From Gemmatimonadota bacterium (lineage in GTDB: Bacteria > Gemmatimonadota > Gemmatimonadetes > Gemmatimonadales > Gemmatimonadaceae), in the NCBI GenBank assembly GCA_003155795.1, contig PMEM01000043.1, forward strand, positions 31,925 to 95,924: DNA of 64,000 nucleotides, given 5' to 3'. A program made the translations under genes and the position numbers. Of this stretch, positions 61,422 to 64,000 are shown piece after piece (within the stretch, counting starts at the first letter, position 1; every line of letters begins with the position of its first letter). The notes beneath the pieces were generated by a model, which saw nothing but the letters and a program-made list of their open reading frames with translations, did not search any database and was not told where the DNA came from.

Positions 61422-61611
61422 TCCAGTTTGGGTGTAGCGTGCCCGACGCAGCCGCAAGGGTGAAACTCCGGCGCGAACACTCATGGATAGACGGGGATCA
61501 TAGCTGCAAATGAGCCTGACGGGTTGCAGATCGGGATTCTAGAAGCCCGACCAAAGACGAGCGCGTGCCCTGGGGCAGAGAGCTGCACGAGGTAGCTACA
61601 CCCAAACTGGA
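61422..61611. ncRNA. candidate structured RNA or ssDNA element closed by a perfect 17-bp stem
   Basis: tccagtttgggtgtagc (61422-61438) pairs with gctacacccaaactgga (61595-61611); internal hairpins. Confidence 0.5.
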
Positions 61612-61673
61612 TCGAATACGGAACAGCTCGCGCAGGTGCAGTTCCGCTTGTGGACAGCCGTGGAGGTAAGAAG

Positions 61674-62069
61674 ATGAGCCGGTCCGTGAAGTCTAGGAAC
61701 TCCATTCGTTTTGACATCCCGGTCCCGCCTGTGGCATACGGTCGGGAACATGTCGATGCTCAACTACCGACTGGCTGGCGTCGGGGAGTTGTAGTAGAGG
61801 GCCGCTCATTTACTTCCTACGGCGCAGTCAACCCGCACGTCGTTTTTGTTCGCACAGACGGAGCGGAAGTCAACATGATCCACGAGACATGGCGTCCTGA
61901 TTGGCGTAGTCACAGGGTGTGGGCCGCCTTTGCGCCAGGTGAGGACTATCCGTTGACATTTGACCGTTGGCACTCGCGGGCTAGATCGCCGCGGTTATAC
62001 ATGACGCCAACGGCTGCGATTCAGATGTTGAACCGCGAATTTCCGATGACAAGACGGCGGAGCCGTTGA
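61674..62069 (+). CDS. hypothetical protein
   Basis: GGAGG RBS before ATG 61674. Confidence 0.6.
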   Translation: MSRSVKSRNSIRFDIPVPPVAYGREHVDAQLPTGWRRGVVVEGRSFTSYGAVNPHVVFVRTDGAEVNMIHETWRPDWRSHRVWAAFAPGEDYPLTFDRWHSRARSPRLYMTPTAAIQMLNREFPMTRRRSR

Positions 62070-62079
62070 GAGGTCGTAT

Positions 62080-62367
62080 ATGAGCAGACACAGAAAGTCA
62101 CCAAATGATCCGGTAACAGCGACGGAAGCGAGTACTGCTACGCGGTGTGCGCGTCAGTATTATCTCGAGCATGTGGCCCTGGCTCCGATTGGCGCGGATG
62201 CGCAGCGTAGCCGCCGCGCTGGAACCGAGCGTCACAACGAGTACACTCGCCAACACTTCGGAGTCGGTAAACGCCGGAGGCGTTCGCTGCTGCGTACGAT
62301 ACTGGCTGCTCTCGGCTTGCTGGCACTCGCGTGGTTCGCCCTTCGCGCTGTTGGGTTGATCCGATGA
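62080..62367 (+). CDS. split Cas4-like nuclease, N-terminal half with C-terminal TM
   Basis: VTATEASTATRCARQYYL, GTERH, then RRRR and hydrophobic helix. Confidence 0.7.
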   Translation: MSRHRKSPNDPVTATEASTATRCARQYYLEHVALAPIGADAQRSRRAGTERHNEYTRQHFGVGKRRRRSLLRTILAALGLLALAWFALRAVGLIR

Positions 62368-62882
62368 TAGCGATCGCTGTGTTTGTACTATGTCTTTGCG
62401 TGTTGGTTTGGTATCGCGCTACGCGCAAACGCGCCGGCGTGTCCTTGGTTGCCGCTGATGTGAGTGGTGGTGGGCGTCGGTGGACGTTGAGAGACCCGCG
62501 CCTTAACGTCGTAGCGGTGGCTGATCATGTGTTGGGCATTACTGATGCGGGTGGTCACCGGGTAATGTTTCCTCACGAGCTCAAGCCGACACGGAGGGCG
62601 AGAAAGCCATATACGGCGGACGTGGTGCAGCTCGGCGCACAGATGGCCGGACTGCAAGCCGAAGTCGGGAGTAAGTTCGCGGGGTTCGGTATCCTTGAGT
62701 ATAGTGGCGGCCGGCAGTTCCGTATCGAGTGGAATGAACAGGTTGCCACGACGCTCGAGCGCGCCGTTGGCCTTGTTCGGACCCTTCGCGCCGCACGGAC
62801 GCCACCGCCGCGGACTCACAACGAAGTGCATATCTGTCAGCACTGTCCGGTCAGAGACTCATGCGACCAGAGGTTGTCATAA
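62364..62882 (+). CDS. split Cas4-like nuclease, C-terminal half with N-terminal TM
   Basis: ATGA overlap; TM, ADHV, ELK, QLGAQ, CQHCPVRDSC. Confidence 0.78.
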   Translation: MIAIAVFVLCLCVLVWYRATRKRAGVSLVAADVSGGGRRWTLRDPRLNVVAVADHVLGITDAGGHRVMFPHELKPTRRARKPYTADVVQLGAQMAGLQAEVGSKFAGFGILEYSGGRQFRIEWNEQVATTLERAVGLVRTLRAARTPPPRTHNEVHICQHCPVRDSCDQRLS

Positions 62883-62909
62883 CAATTCGGCGACGTGTGG
62901 CGCTACAGG

Positions 62910-62920
62910 CGCAGGTGCAT
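62910..62920 (+). promoter_or_regulatory. backbone box variant (cgcaggtgcat)
   Basis: Ends 31 nt before ATG 62951; gctac..catcag context shared with 12478-12496. Confidence 0.5.
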
Positions 62921-62950
62921 CAGTGAGTAACCATTTGAGTGAGGGATAAT

Positions 62951-63556
62951 ATGTCACCAAAAGTGCGTGACGTTTCAGATCGCAAGACGCTTTATATGAG
63001 TGACATCCGGAAGGAAGGTCGCATTGCTGTTCGTTTCGGGTCATTCTTTGAGAGTGTGAACAACCCTGGCCAGTGGGTCGCGGATATTGAGTGGCGCGGT
63101 GAGCGCCGCTACTTCAACGTCGACGGTGAGGTAGACCGGGAAAGTTTCAAGCGCCTCCCTGAAAACCTGGATGTTGAGATCGAAAGTGTTGGTCGCTCTG
63201 GACTCGACAAGGTTGCGATATGGAAAGGCGATCGGCGAATTGACTTGCACGCTGAGAAGGAACGTGCTGTAGTCGACGAAATTGGTGGCGCAACGAGCTC
63301 GAACGAAGTCAGCACCCCTGCGGCCGCCCCCATCTCCCTCGATCAAGTGCTTAAAGCTTACGCGAAGGCGTTCCTCAAAGCCGTGCCAATGGTGAATGAG
63401 TTAGATCCCGCAGGAGAGCAGGGACTGACGGCCGAGAAGATTGTGGCTACAGTTCTTACGGCCTATCTAGTGTTGCTTCCAACGGTAAGAAACATTTCGG
63501 GTCCGCTAAACAACGGAATGGCGGAAGGCAAAAGATGTGGATGCCGTTGTCGTTAA
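62951..63556 (+). CDS. hypothetical protein
   Basis: GAGGGA RBS; last + strand ORF. Confidence 0.6.
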   Translation: MSPKVRDVSDRKTLYMSDIRKEGRIAVRFGSFFESVNNPGQWVADIEWRGERRYFNVDGEVDRESFKRLPENLDVEIESVGRSGLDKVAIWKGDRRIDLHAEKERAVVDEIGGATSSNEVSTPAAAPISLDQVLKAYAKAFLKAVPMVNELDPAGEQGLTAEKIVATVLTAYLVLLPTVRNISGPLNNGMAEGKRCGCRCR

Positions 63557-63701
63557 ATGACTTACGGCTGGCGTTTAGCTGATTTTCGGGGCCTTGAAAA
63601 CAACCGATCGCGGCAGTGGGAGGCGCGCGGTTAGTGCGTCTGCTGCAGTGGAGGGCGGAAACGCGAGGTTAGAGTGGGGATGGAGCTCTCATGGATGGCC
63701 G

Positions 63702-63744
63702 TGATTCTTCGGGCGCGGTAAGAATCTCTGCGCCCGAAGAATCA
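63702..63744. repeat. perfect 15-bp inverted repeat between convergent genes
   Basis: tgattcttcgggcgc - 13 nt - gcgcccgaagaatca. Confidence 0.8.
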
Positions 63745-63814
63745 GTCACCCAGTTCCAATCTCGGGAGAATCCTTTATAGACCGTCAACCATCGGCGAAA
63801 CTTGAGCTGTACTT

Positions 63815-64000
63815 CTACTTCAGTGGCTCGGGTGACGATATCAAGGAGCGAATACTTTCTTGCTGCAATGGGCGCATGTGCGCCGGCATAAGTTTGTAGT
63901 AACCCATCGTAGTGCGGATGTCGGCGTGACCCATCGCCTGCATAACGATTTGGGCGGAGTGGCCGGCCCCAAGCCAGGTGGTAACGCGGCGGTGGCGCAG
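63815..64000 (-). CDS. tyrosine recombinase/integrase, C-terminal part (truncated by window edge)
   Basis: Manual translation LRHRRVTTWLGAGHSAQIVMQAMGHADIRTTMGY..stop at 63815; absent from ORF track. Confidence 0.88.
   Translation of the reverse strand: MRHRRVTTWLGAGHSAQIVMQAMGHADIRTTMGYYKLMPAHMRPLQQESIRSLISSPEPLK

Noticed and set aside
61422..61611. Retron msr-msd
   Set aside because: Terminal IR fits, but no reverse transcriptase is visible in the window
62080..62882. CRISPR-Cas locus
   Set aside because: No repeat-spacer array or other cas genes seen in the window

Overview
GC-rich bacterial mobile-element DNA (ICE, plasmid or prophage-like; a Gemmatimonadota-like host is a tentative inference). 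Two + strand backbone blocks (1-17.3 kb and 54.3-63.6 kb) encode orphan DNA methyltransferases, RecJ, a lytic transglycosylase, an MTase-SNF2 helicase fusion, an ArdC remnant, ASCH, DUF5131, SNF2, RusA-like, NADAR and a split membrane-anchored Cas4. The 3' end of a tyrosine integrase lies at the right edge. Many backbone genes share an upstream CGCGRGYGCAT box and C-terminal -AA (degron-like) ends. Between the blocks are two cargo islands separated by an ISL3 element and decayed DNA. Island 1 (18.8-26.9 kb): sigma-like gene, HTH-like gene and an IrrE-peptidase/UvrD-helicase fusion in front of a complete Ubl-E2-JAB-E1 (Bil-like) ubiquitination operon. Island 2 (33-53 kb): a class I lanthipeptide cluster with a 13-Cys precursor and three CCA/poly(A)-polymerase-like nucleotidyltransferase paralogs, only one with intact catalytic Asp residues. 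All calls are from motif reading; no database searches were run.
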